Of a stretch of 55,714 bases of DNA, positions 1 through 8,128 are shown one piece after another. A model generated the notes under the pieces. It ran no database searches. It was not told the origin of the DNA and saw only the letters and a program-made list of their open reading frames with translations. The position numbers and the translations under genes are program-made. The number at the start of each line of letters is the position of its first letter. Position 1 is the first letter of the stretch. Location: IMG/VR virus record IMGVR_UViG_3300006169_000022, positions 1 through 55,714 of that record; one strand, 5' to 3'. Source of the stretch: a virus.

Positions 1-87
1 CGCCCACCCCGTCACCCTGCCGGCCAACACCTCGGCCGAGGGCGTCGTCGAGTCCGTTCTGCGGGCCCGCAAGCACTACAAGGGCAC
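1..87. repeat. Terminal assembly overlap, left copy (identical to 55628-55714)
   Basis: The 87-nt string cgcccaccccgtcaccctgccggccaac...cactacaagggcac occurs at both window ends and lies inside one continuous reading frame. Confidence 0.9.
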
Positions 88-661
88 CGGTCGCCCGTCC
101 TTCTTCACCACGGACGACATCCTGACCGACATGATCCTGCTCAAGGACAAGATGGGTCGCCGTCTGTACAACACCGAGGCCGACCTGGCCGCGGCGCTGC
201 GCGTGGCGGAGATCGTCGTCGTCGAGGTTCTGGAGAACACCCCGGACCTGCTCGGCGTCATCGTCAACATGGCGGACTACACCATCGGTGCGGACCGCGG
301 TGGCCAGCTGGCCATGTTCGACGACTTCGACATCGACTACAACCAGCAGAAGTACCTGCTGGAGACCCGGATCTCCGGTGCGCTGACCAAGGCGAAGTCC
401 GCCGTGGTCATCAAGCGGACCTCGGGCACCACGGTGACCCCGGCCGTTCCGGCCTTCGATGAGGAGACCAACACCCTGACGGTTCCGACCGTGGCGGGCG
501 TTTCCTACTACAACGTGACCAACCCGCTGGCGGAGACTGAGCTCACCGACGGCGCGAACGTGGTCATCACGGAGACGACCGACGTGGAGGCGCGTCCTGA
601 CTCGGGTTACAACTTCCCGCACAACCAGGACGCTGACTGGACCTTCGCCTACACGGCCTGA
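2..661 (+). CDS. Major capsid protein, C-terminal part of the 670-aa prohead-protease/capsid fusion (5-prime part at 54276..55714); ends in an Ig-like extension
   Basis: Frame open from nt 2 with no start. It is continuous with 54276..55714 through the 87-nt overlap. TGA at 659-661. Confidence 0.8.
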   Translation, partial: AHPVTLPANTSAEGVVESVLRARKHYKGTGRPSFFTTDDILTDMILLKDKMGRRLYNTEADLAAALRVAEIVVVEVLENTPDLLGVIVNMADYTIGADRGGQLAMFDDFDIDYNQQKYLLETRISGALTKAKSAVVIKRTSGTTVTPAVPAFDEETNTLTVPTVAGVSYYNVTNPLAETELTDGANVVITETTDVEARPDSGYNFPHNQDADWTFAYTA

Positions 662-675
662 TCTAAGGCCCCCTG

Positions 676-1032
676 ATGGCGAGCGGAAGGTTCCACGGCG
701 CTGTCGGGTACAACCACGGATCAATCGAGCAGAAGCCGGGTGTTTTCGTAGAAAGCATCGTCGAAAGAAACTACTACGGCGATATTGTGCGAAACACCCG
801 GCAACTGCGCGAGTCAGGCGAAAGCATCAACAACGACCTGACCGTGGGGAACTCGATCAGCATCCTCGCAGATGCGTACGCCGGCGAGCATTTTCACGCC
901 ATCAGATTCGTCGAGTGGGCGGGGACCTTGTGGGACGTTGAAGACGTTTCTGTTCAGGGCCCCCGCCTCATTCTCCGGTTGGGAGGTGTCTACAATGGCC
1001 GACGAGCCAACAATGACGAAGGGGCGAGCTAA
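676..1032 (+). CDS. Small virion protein, head-tail adaptor/closure type (putative), 118 aa
   Basis: ORF directly after the capsid gene; the size and position are typical of head-tail connector genes. Function is from weak motif memory only. Confidence 0.5.
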   Translation: MASGRFHGAVGYNHGSIEQKPGVFVESIVERNYYGDIVRNTRQLRESGESINNDLTVGNSISILADAYAGEHFHAIRFVEWAGTLWDVEDVSVQGPRLILRLGGVYNGRRANNDEGAS

Positions 1033-1312
1033 GAAGCACGCTTTCTTCAAGTCGTTGACTCCGAACGTCTACTTTCAGGCGCCTTCCAACACGGTGATGT
1101 CATATCCGTGCATTCGGTACGACATCGACGATGAGGCGAGAGAGTTCGCTGACAACACGCCTTACCGTCAGGAATGGCGGTATCAGGTGATAGTGATCGA
1201 CTCGGATCCAGATTCGCCGATTCGAGACGCTATCGCAGCTCTGCCAATGTGCCGCCTTTCGAGGAAGTACATAGCAGACGACCTCCACCACTTCGTGTTC
1301 AACCTCTTCTGA
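995..1312 (+). CDS. Small virion protein, head-tail joining/tail-completion type (putative), 105 aa
   Basis: ATG 995 lies 8 nt after GGGAGG (981-986); alternative ATG at 1013. The longer track ORF start (872) would overlap the upstream gene heavily. Confidence 0.5.
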   Translation: MADEPTMTKGRAKKHAFFKSLTPNVYFQAPSNTVMSYPCIRYDIDDEAREFADNTPYRQEWRYQVIVIDSDPDSPIRDAIAALPMCRLSRKYIADDLHHFVFNLF

Positions 1313-1325
1313 GAAAGGAAATCAC

Positions 1326-2030
1326 ATGCCGAAGCTTCTTTGGCACGCCCCCGGCAAGCGGACTTTCGAGACCGGTGTCGACCGTGGCGTCCTGTACATC
1401 CCGGATGCAACCGGGGTCTACGCGTCGGGTGTTCCGTGGAACGGTCTCACGACCGTCACGGAGAGCCCTTCGGGAGCCGAATCCAACAAGCAGTACGCCG
1501 ACAACCAGGTGTACCTCAACCTCGTCAGCGCGGAGGAGTTCAACGCCACGCTCGAGGCCCTGACCTACCCGGACGAGTTCGAGCAGTTCGACGGTTCGGC
1601 GGAGCTGGAGCCTGGCCTGCACATCGGCCAGCAGTCCCGCAAGCCGTTCGGTCTCTCGTACCGTTCGCTGCTCGGCAACGAGCTCGAGGGTCAGGACTAC
1701 GCCTACAAGCTCCACCTCGTGTACGGTGCCCTGGCGGCCCCGTCCGAGCGGGCTCGCACCACGGTGAACGAGAACCCCGAGGCCATGGGTCTCAGCTGGG
1801 AGCTCTCGACCACCCCCGTGGGTGTCGGCGTCATCGCCGGCAAGGAGTACAAGCCGACCGCGCATCTGACGGTCAACTCCGCCACCGCCGACGCAGGCGC
1901 TCTGGCCGAGCTCGAGGGCATCCTGTACGGAACGAACGCCGACGCCGGGGCCACCCCGCCCGTCGAGGACGCTCCGGCCCGGCTGCCGCTTCCGTCGGAG
2001 GTCTACGAGATCTTCTCGGCGGTCGTCTGA
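1326..2030 (+). CDS. Major tail (tube) protein, paralog 1, 234 aa
   Basis: AAAGGAA RBS. Position after the head-tail genes. Clearly homologous to 2618..3289 and 3983..4702 (W-x-PG-x-R-x-FE-x-GV...VLY...WNGL...YPDEF...KPFGLSYR...YKLHLVY). Confidence 0.6.
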   Translation: MPKLLWHAPGKRTFETGVDRGVLYIPDATGVYASGVPWNGLTTVTESPSGAESNKQYADNQVYLNLVSAEEFNATLEALTYPDEFEQFDGSAELEPGLHIGQQSRKPFGLSYRSLLGNELEGQDYAYKLHLVYGALAAPSERARTTVNENPEAMGLSWELSTTPVGVGVIAGKEYKPTAHLTVNSATADAGALAELEGILYGTNADAGATPPVEDAPARLPLPSEVYEIFSAVV

Positions 2031-2055
2031 TCTACATCTGAAAGGGGGCCAGAGA

Positions 2056-2601
2056 GTGCTCATCATCACTGTACAGGGAGAGGAATACTGGGACGTCGAG
2101 TCCGAGAAGTTCGTCCATCCCGAAGCTTTCGAGCTGCAGCTCGAGCACTCTCTGGTCTCCCTTTCAAAATGGGAGTCAGAATTCAAGAAACCGTTCCTCG
2201 GACCGGCAGACAAGACCTCGGAAGAGGCTCTTGCCTACATCCACGCCATGATTCTCACCCCCGATATTTCCAAGGAGGTCCTGAATCTCCTGTCGGAAGA
2301 GAATGTCGACGAGATTCGAGAGTACATGGCTACCGATCAAACCGCCACGTGGTTCTCTGAGGAGCGACCCGAGGCGAAGTCAGGAGAGCTCATCACCAAT
2401 GAGCTGATCTACTTCTGGCTGGCGCACTTCAACATCCCGTTCCACCCCGCCGAAACCTGGCATCTCAGCCGACTCTTCACGCTTATTCGAGTGGCCAACG
2501 CCAAGAACTCGAAGCCCAAGAAGATGAGCCAGGCGGAGATCTACGAGCGCAACAAGCGTCTCAACGCCCAGCGCCGAAAGGAACTCGGCCACAACGGATA
2601 G
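2056..2601 (+). CDS. Tail assembly chaperone-like protein (putative), 181 aa, GTG start
   Basis: ORF just downstream of the tube gene; acidic N-terminal half, basic C-terminus. Function is inferred from position and weak resemblance only. Confidence 0.4.
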   Translation: MLIITVQGEEYWDVESEKFVHPEAFELQLEHSLVSLSKWESEFKKPFLGPADKTSEEALAYIHAMILTPDISKEVLNLLSEENVDEIREYMATDQTATWFSEERPEAKSGELITNELIYFWLAHFNIPFHPAETWHLSRLFTLIRVANAKNSKPKKMSQAEIYERNKRLNAQRRKELGHNG

Positions 2602-2617
2602 AAAGGAGGACGTTTCA

Positions 2618-3289
2618 GTGAGCAGACTTGAGTGGAATCTCCCGGGACAGCGACTCTTCGAGACCGGTGTCAGCCACGGCGTCCTCTTCCCTCGCACGGG
2701 ACCCGGCGTCGCATGGAACGGCCTCATCTCCGTGAACGAAGCCGTATCTGGAGGAGACGTCGAGTCCCTCTACTTCGACGGTGTCAAGTACCTCGACATT
2801 GTCGCCAACGAAGACTTTCAGGCAACCATCGAGGCATATTCTGCCCCGAAGGAGTTCGCCGCAAGCGATGGCAGTAAGGCCCTTTCTCCGGGTCTGTATG
2901 CCACACAGCAGCCCCGCAAGCCATTCAGCTTCTCCTATCGGACTCTGATCGGGAACGATCTCAAGGATGTTGACTTCGGTTACAAGCTGCACATCGTCTA
3001 CAACTGCATGGCCTCGCCGGCAGCCCGGACGAACCAGAGCCTTGGCGGAGGAACTCCGTCTCCCGGGACTAGATCCTGGACGGTCAATGCTGTTCCACCG
3101 GAGGCCACCACATTCAAGCCAACCGCGCACTTTGTCATTGACTCGACGATCGTCAACCCCTACATGTTGGCAGATCTTGAGTCATATTTGTACGGAAGAG
3201 AGGGGTTTGAGCCCGCTCTTCCCACGCAGGATGAAGTGATCGCGTTCCTGGCAAACGTCATCGAAGAGCCTCTGGGCGACTTCATCTAG
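2618..3289 (+). CDS. Tail-tube-like protein, paralog 2, 223 aa
   Basis: GTG 2618 lies 8 nt after GAAAGGAGG. Alignable over its full length with 1326..2030. Confidence 0.6.
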   Translation: MSRLEWNLPGQRLFETGVSHGVLFPRTGPGVAWNGLISVNEAVSGGDVESLYFDGVKYLDIVANEDFQATIEAYSAPKEFAASDGSKALSPGLYATQQPRKPFSFSYRTLIGNDLKDVDFGYKLHIVYNCMASPAARTNQSLGGGTPSPGTRSWTVNAVPPEATTFKPTAHFVIDSTIVNPYMLADLESYLYGREGFEPALPTQDEVIAFLANVIEEPLGDFI

Positions 3290-3302
3290 AAGGAGATATT
3301 TC

Positions 3303-3983
3303 ATGACTTTGGTTCCTGTCTCCTCTGGAGACCCGCACGTCGCAGCCCACAACGAGGAGCGCGACGCCATCAACGAGCTCCAGACAGACGTTGCCGGAAA
3401 GATCGATCTCCCGACGGTCCCGCAGGTTGGCGATATTCTTCGCTACAACGGGACCAAGTGGGTCTCATCCGCCAGCCGCCTCTTCGAGGGAACCGGTCAG
3501 CCGGAAGGCACCGTCGCTGCTCCTGTCGGATCAACCTACGTTCAGCTGGATGGCGCTACGGGTGCTGTTCGCTGGCTCAAGGTCGCCGGCGTGGACGAGA
3601 ACGACAACACCGGCTGGATGCTGGAGCACGCCGACACTAAGTGGCGGAACGTCCTCGCGCAGGTCAACCTGAACGCGGGAGCACAGAAGTTCACTGCGCA
3701 TCTGCGACGTCTCAACAACCTGGTGGAGGTATATTTCGACCTCGAAACCCCGACGGCATCTGGTTCCTGGGACTTCTACACGCTTCCCGTCGGCTTCCGC
3801 CCGCACATGAGTCGGTACGGTCTCTTGACCGACAACAAGGAGAATGCGTCGACTTCGACGTATATTTCCTCGGCTGGTCTCTGTCGGCTGACTGTGATCA
3901 AGGGAAGCTGGCGAGACCGGTGGAATGGGATCTGGCACACGGATGACCCGTGGCCGGCATCTCTTCCGGGAACGGCTGTCTGA
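3303..3983 (+). CDS. Minor tail / receptor-binding-type protein, 226 aa
   Basis: N-terminal GDPHVAAHNEERDAINELQ motif typical of actinophage minor tail proteins. The C-terminal LPVGFRP block is shared with 4716..7247. Confidence 0.6.
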   Translation: MTLVPVSSGDPHVAAHNEERDAINELQTDVAGKIDLPTVPQVGDILRYNGTKWVSSASRLFEGTGQPEGTVAAPVGSTYVQLDGATGAVRWLKVAGVDENDNTGWMLEHADTKWRNVLAQVNLNAGAQKFTAHLRRLNNLVEVYFDLETPTASGSWDFYTLPVGFRPHMSRYGLLTDNKENASTSTYISSAGLCRLTVIKGSWRDRWNGIWHTDDPWPASLPGTAV

Positions 3984-4702
3984 TGACTAGGCTGGACTGG
4001 GCTGGCGCCCCCCGCGGTTATGAGATCGGTGTGAGCAATGCCGTTCTATATTCCGATGGCGTGGGCGCCGCCTGGAACGGCCTGTTGGAGGTTTCGGAGG
4101 GGGCCTCTGGCACACAGACTCTGGATCACTTCTACGACGGCCGCCGACTCACCATTCTGCAAGAGATCGGCGACTTCGAAGCAGCTCTTCAGGTGTTCAC
4201 ATATCCTGACGAGCTCGAGGACCCAGGGATCCAGAGATTCGGACTCTCCTACAGGACCCAGCACAACGCCGGAGACAAGATCCACATCGTCTACAACGCG
4301 CTCGTGAAGAAGCCAGATCGTCAACTATCCACGGTCGCAGCAAATGTTAGCCCCTCTATATTTTCGTGGAATCTTCAAGCCTCCGCGATCAACATTCCAG
4401 GGGCAAGACCGTCCTCGCACCTGATCGTCGACACGGCTGACTCGAGCCCAGAGCTCGTCGCCATTGTCGAGGGATGGCTGTACGGCACAGTCTCCACAGA
4501 GCCGCGCCTTCCCGATCCTGAGGAGTTCGTCGATATTTTCGAGGCGGCAACAACTCTTCGGATTCGAAACAACGGCGACGGAACTTGGACGGCAACAGGT
4601 CCAGATGACGTTGTTGTTGATAACGGTGACGGAAGCTTCACCATCCACGCCCCGACTCTCCATTTTCTGGATGAGGGCCTGTTCGTAGTCGACTCGTTCT
4701 GA
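3983..4702 (+). CDS. Tail-tube-like protein, paralog 3 with extra C-terminal domain, 239 aa
   Basis: ATG overlaps the upstream TGA (TGATG). Homologous to 1326..2030 and 2618..3289. Confidence 0.6.
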   Translation: MTRLDWAGAPRGYEIGVSNAVLYSDGVGAAWNGLLEVSEGASGTQTLDHFYDGRRLTILQEIGDFEAALQVFTYPDELEDPGIQRFGLSYRTQHNAGDKIHIVYNALVKKPDRQLSTVAANVSPSIFSWNLQASAINIPGARPSSHLIVDTADSSPELVAIVEGWLYGTVSTEPRLPDPEEFVDIFEAATTLRIRNNGDGTWTATGPDDVVVDNGDGSFTIHAPTLHFLDEGLFVVDSF

Positions 4703-4715
4703 GAAAGGAGAACCC

Positions 4716-7247
4716 ATGGCCACCGCAACCAGCTTGACGCAGGAGACGATCATCGAGCTGATGGCTGGGTGGGAAAGCGTCGCAGTAAGCCAAGAAGGCA
4801 TCAACGCTGAGATCAGCGATATTCGTCTCAACTTGGCGACCAATGACGCTCGGGTGACTGAGTTCAACGACATCATCCTCCCTCAGCTTCGCGAAGATCT
4901 GGCCGCGGGCTCTCTCCGAATCGACGAGCTCAATGACACGGTCATCCCGGATCACCAGCTGCTTTTGGATGCTCACACACAGGACCTGACGAACCTCAAC
5001 ACGGTGAGCATCCCTGGGCTTCAGTCTCAGATCGACTCGAACTGGGGTTGGATCGATGAGCTCAACACAACCACGCTTCCGGATCTTCAGACTCGACTTT
5101 CGACGCTTGAGGCAAGTGGTGGTGGCTTCGACCCCACGGCCCTTCAGGCTGAGATCGATGCTCTCGAGGCTCGGTTCCCCATCACGGGGCCCGATATTTC
5201 GGCAGATGCGGTCACGGCGAACCACATCGCCTCGGAGACGATCACGGCGGCTGAGATCGCCGCGGGAACCATCACGGCCCTGCAGATCGCGGCTGACACC
5301 ATCACTGCGAACGAGATCGCTGCCGGTACGATTACGGCTGACGAGATCGCTGCAGCGACGATCACCTCTGCCGAGATATTTGCGGGCGGCATCACTTCCG
5401 ACAGCCTGGCTGTTGGCGCCGTTACGGCTACGGCTCTGGCTGCTGGGTCGGTTACCGCAGAGAGCCTCTCGACCGAGGCTGTGACCTCGACTCACCTTTC
5501 GGGTAAGTTCATCGAAGGTGTCACGCTCGACATCGAGGATTCCATATTTGCAGAACCAGGGTTCCTCGACATCAAGGCCAACTTGATGGAGGCCGAGTCG
5601 GCGATCTTCCACAACAACGTCACTCGACGAGGTACGAACAACTACATCGAGGGTCGCGAGACGGCTTCCTCTGGTGTGACGGACCCGGGAACTCCGCCGA
5701 CGGTTGTCAACCACTGGCCTGAGGTCCAACTGAGTTCGCCATATTGGGGTAGCGAGTACCCTGTGAGCGGTTCGGTCGGAATGACCTACGGCAACAACGG
5801 TGAGTACGTTTCGGTGACTGGCGGTGGATCTCTCATCGCATTCAACCCCACCACGGGTGTTGGTCGTCTGATTTATGACGCGGGGTATTTGAGTTCGGCA
5901 TATGGTATTACCCGAATCGGGGATTGGTACTATGTGCTGGTTTCTTCCTTCATGGGCGACAAGTACACGGTCGTTCGATACAGCGCTCTCACGGCCAACG
6001 AGGGGACTCTCGACGGAACTTACTCGATGAACGTGGTGAACTTGTACAACACCACCGCAAATCCGCAGTCCATTGCTCTAGGTCGAGAAGCAGCCGACGA
6101 CAGTAACCCGAATGGTGTTCTATGGGTTGTTCGGATCGACTCGACCACGGGTAACTACCACTATCGGACGATCGACCCGGTAACGAAGACGAGCATCAAG
6201 CCTTGGACGGAGATCACGAGTGGCCCGAATCCTGGCTTCTCTCGAAACATCGCGGGAGTCGAGATCGGTGGTCTCTTGGAGACGACCCTGACCATCTGGC
6301 CGGACAACGGAAACTCGATTGTGTACCACGACACGTTCATGGGGTCTAGTGAGCTTCTTCACGACAGCTCCATGAGTGGTCGCGTCCGACCTTACGGGAA
6401 GACGATCTCGGCCGCAGTCGGGAACTACTCTCTGGACACAGACGGGAAGCTCTACACCCATGGCTGGGAGTGGGATGATGAGGGGGCGGGCGAGTTCAAG
6501 TACACCTGGTACGACTCGGACACGGGTGGTGCTGGTGTGGCGGAGTCTCTTCCGAGCCCGCCGAGAACATTCACGCCCAGCAAGGGGGCTATGGTCCTCT
6601 TCAAGACACCTCTTCCGCCAGATGATGGATCTGTCGACGCGCCAAACACGGTGCGGGCCTACTACAAGAACAAGCAGAGCACTCGTTCGGTGTTCCCTTA
6701 TGTCGCCGAGTTTCAGGCAGACGAATTGGCCGCCGGTCGAGTCATGCAGGTGCCGCCAACGGGTGCGGCTGCTCCGGTCACATCGGGGTTTGCGAGCCGA
6801 ATCACCCTTCTTCCAGGTGGCTACAAGTCCAACAACGGAGACGTAACGGGCCCCTTCTGGTGGCTCTATGGCGATGGAGACTGGCGTCTGGGAGACATGA
6901 AGCGGTCTGGAGCTCTTGGGCGTTTCACATTCCCGTCAGCCACAGCAGCCCCTTCGGGAGTCTACACAGGGCTGGTTACGTTCGTCCGAACGGGCCAGCT
7001 CGTGACTGCCACTGGGTACATCGACCGAGCAAGCGGATCGAACTCGTCTATGCATGATTCCGGGCTGCGAATCCCGGTCGGGTTCCGCCCAGCATCGAAC
7101 GTCACCGCGTCGGCTCGTACAGCCTGGAACTCAACAGCAACTTACCGGTACAGGTTCAACGCTGACGGGATTGTCGAGGTCCAGCAAAGTGCCGCAATCA
7201 CCGTCTTCCAAGCGTTTAGCGAGTCCTGGGTCACGGCAGACGCCTAA
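4716..7247 (+). CDS. Minor tail / tail fibre protein, 843 aa
   Basis: AAAGGAG RBS. Coiled-coil N-terminus, ITAxEIAAGT-type octad repeats, a large Gly/Tyr/Trp-rich domain, and a C-terminal RIPVGFRP block like 3303..3983. Confidence 0.7.
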   Translation: MATATSLTQETIIELMAGWESVAVSQEGINAEISDIRLNLATNDARVTEFNDIILPQLREDLAAGSLRIDELNDTVIPDHQLLLDAHTQDLTNLNTVSIPGLQSQIDSNWGWIDELNTTTLPDLQTRLSTLEASGGGFDPTALQAEIDALEARFPITGPDISADAVTANHIASETITAAEIAAGTITALQIAADTITANEIAAGTITADEIAAATITSAEIFAGGITSDSLAVGAVTATALAAGSVTAESLSTEAVTSTHLSGKFIEGVTLDIEDSIFAEPGFLDIKANLMEAESAIFHNNVTRRGTNNYIEGRETASSGVTDPGTPPTVVNHWPEVQLSSPYWGSEYPVSGSVGMTYGNNGEYVSVTGGGSLIAFNPTTGVGRLIYDAGYLSSAYGITRIGDWYYVLVSSFMGDKYTVVRYSALTANEGTLDGTYSMNVVNLYNTTANPQSIALGREAADDSNPNGVLWVVRIDSTTGNYHYRTIDPVTKTSIKPWTEITSGPNPGFSRNIAGVEIGGLLETTLTIWPDNGNSIVYHDTFMGSSELLHDSSMSGRVRPYGKTISAAVGNYSLDTDGKLYTHGWEWDDEGAGEFKYTWYDSDTGGAGVAESLPSPPRTFTPSKGAMVLFKTPLPPDDGSVDAPNTVRAYYKNKQSTRSVFPYVAEFQADELAAGRVMQVPPTGAAAPVTSGFASRITLLPGGYKSNNGDVTGPFWWLYGDGDWRLGDMKRSGALGRFTFPSATAAPSGVYTGLVTFVRTGQLVTATGYIDRASGSNSSMHDSGLRIPVGFRPASNVTASARTAWNSTATYRYRFNADGIVEVQQSAAITVFQAFSESWVTADA
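5208..5497 (+). repeat. Tandem ~24-nt (8-aa) repeats inside the fibre gene
   Basis: AVTANHIA SETITAAE IAAGTITA LQIAADTI TANEIAAG TITADEIA AATITSAE IFAGGITS DSLAVGAV TATALAAG SVTAESLS TEAVTSTH. Confidence 0.8.
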
Positions 7248-7259
7248 GAAAGGAGCGAC

Positions 7260-7472
7260 ATGCCCAACCTTCCAACCATCAGCATCAACGATCAGGCCAA
7301 GTTCGATCGCGTTGTGGCAGCTTTCGGCACCGCCGAGAACTACCGAACCTGGTTGCGCAACCAGATCATCGCGGAGGTTGGGCGTGTCGAGTCCAAGATC
7401 ATTCTGGACCAGCGAGACGCCGAAGCCGAAGCCAAGATTCGAGAGGTCTCAGCGGCCCTCAACACAATGTGA
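7260..7472 (+). CDS. Hypothetical protein, 70 aa
   Basis: AAAGGAG RBS 5 nt upstream; compact spacing. Confidence 0.55.
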   Translation: MPNLPTISINDQAKFDRVVAAFGTAENYRTWLRNQIIAEVGRVESKIILDQRDAEAEAKIREVSAALNTM

Positions 7473-7486
7473 AAGAAAGGTTCAAA

Positions 7487-7726
7487 ATGGGAGCAGTTTC
7501 GCAAGAAAAGTTCAAGGTCGACCATCTCCGCAAGAGAATCGCCCAAGTCACGGTCGAGTACGAAGACCGTCTGGCCGACGAAGCAGTCAAAGTCCAGGTC
7601 CTTCTCCAGCAGAGGGATGAGGCGCGTGAGCACGCTCGCGTCCTTGCGGATCGCGTCGCCGAACTCGAGGCTCAGTATGAGCCAACAGAGGAGTCTGACT
7701 CCCAGGATGAACCCAACCCCGAGTAG
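7487..7726 (+). CDS. Hypothetical coiled-coil protein with acidic tail, 79 aa
   Basis: ATG 7487 lies 6 nt after AAAGG. The GTG 7469 start in the track overlaps the upstream stop and lacks an RBS. Confidence 0.55.
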   Translation: MGAVSQEKFKVDHLRKRIAQVTVEYEDRLADEAVKVQVLLQQRDEAREHARVLADRVAELEAQYEPTEESDSQDEPNPE

Positions 7727-7744
7727 CCTCTGAAAGGAGGAGCC

Positions 7745-8128
7745 ATGAGCATGGGCCTCTCATCGAGTGGTTCCTTCGATCAGACAGAGGCCTTCCTTCG
7801 GAAGATGGCCGCTGGACCAAGCATATTTGACCAGCTGAGCCGATTCGGGGAGATGGGTGTAGCAGCACTTGCATCAGCAACGCCGGTGGATAGCGGTGAG
7901 ACGGCCAACTCGTGGTACTGCGAGGTTGTCCAAGACGGGACGTCCTGGAGCATCATCTGGGGCAATAGTCACGTTGAGGACGGTCGTCCCATCGCTGTCC
8001 TGCTGCAGTACGGGCATGGGACCCGGAACGGCGGATGGGTAGAGGGCCTGGATTACATCAATCCAGCTCTCGCCCCCATATTTGACATGATGGCTAGCGA
8101 GGGTTGGAAGGTGGTGACCACGGCATGA
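7745..8128 (+). CDS. HK97 gp10-like neck/tail-completion protein, 127 aa
   Basis: GAAAGGAGG RBS. Contains the PVDSGETANSW motif (VDTGxL-type) characteristic of the gp10 family. Confidence 0.6.
   Translation: MSMGLSSSGSFDQTEAFLRKMAAGPSIFDQLSRFGEMGVAALASATPVDSGETANSWYCEVVQDGTSWSIIWGNSHVEDGRPIAVLLQYGHGTRNGGWVEGLDYINPALAPIFDMMASEGWKVVTTA

Noticed and set aside
1340-2041. Alternative-frame + strand ORFs nested in real genes (e.g. 1340..2041, 1174..1563, 5056..5484, 7054..7620, 20281..20697, 24276..24785, 29860..30501, 31154..31771 N-terminal part, 54916..55407).
   Set aside because: Their Arg/Pro/Ser-rich translations have no motifs. They overlap better-supported frames completely, and there are no independent start signals.
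7260-8128. A programmed -1 frameshift tail-chaperone pair (gpG/gpGT) immediately upstream of the tape measure gene.
   Set aside because: The three upstream ORFs are separate genes with their own RBSs. The last one carries the HK97 gp10 motif. I found no overlapping extended frame or slippery heptamer. The only chaperone-like candidate is 2056..2601, and its assignment is weak.
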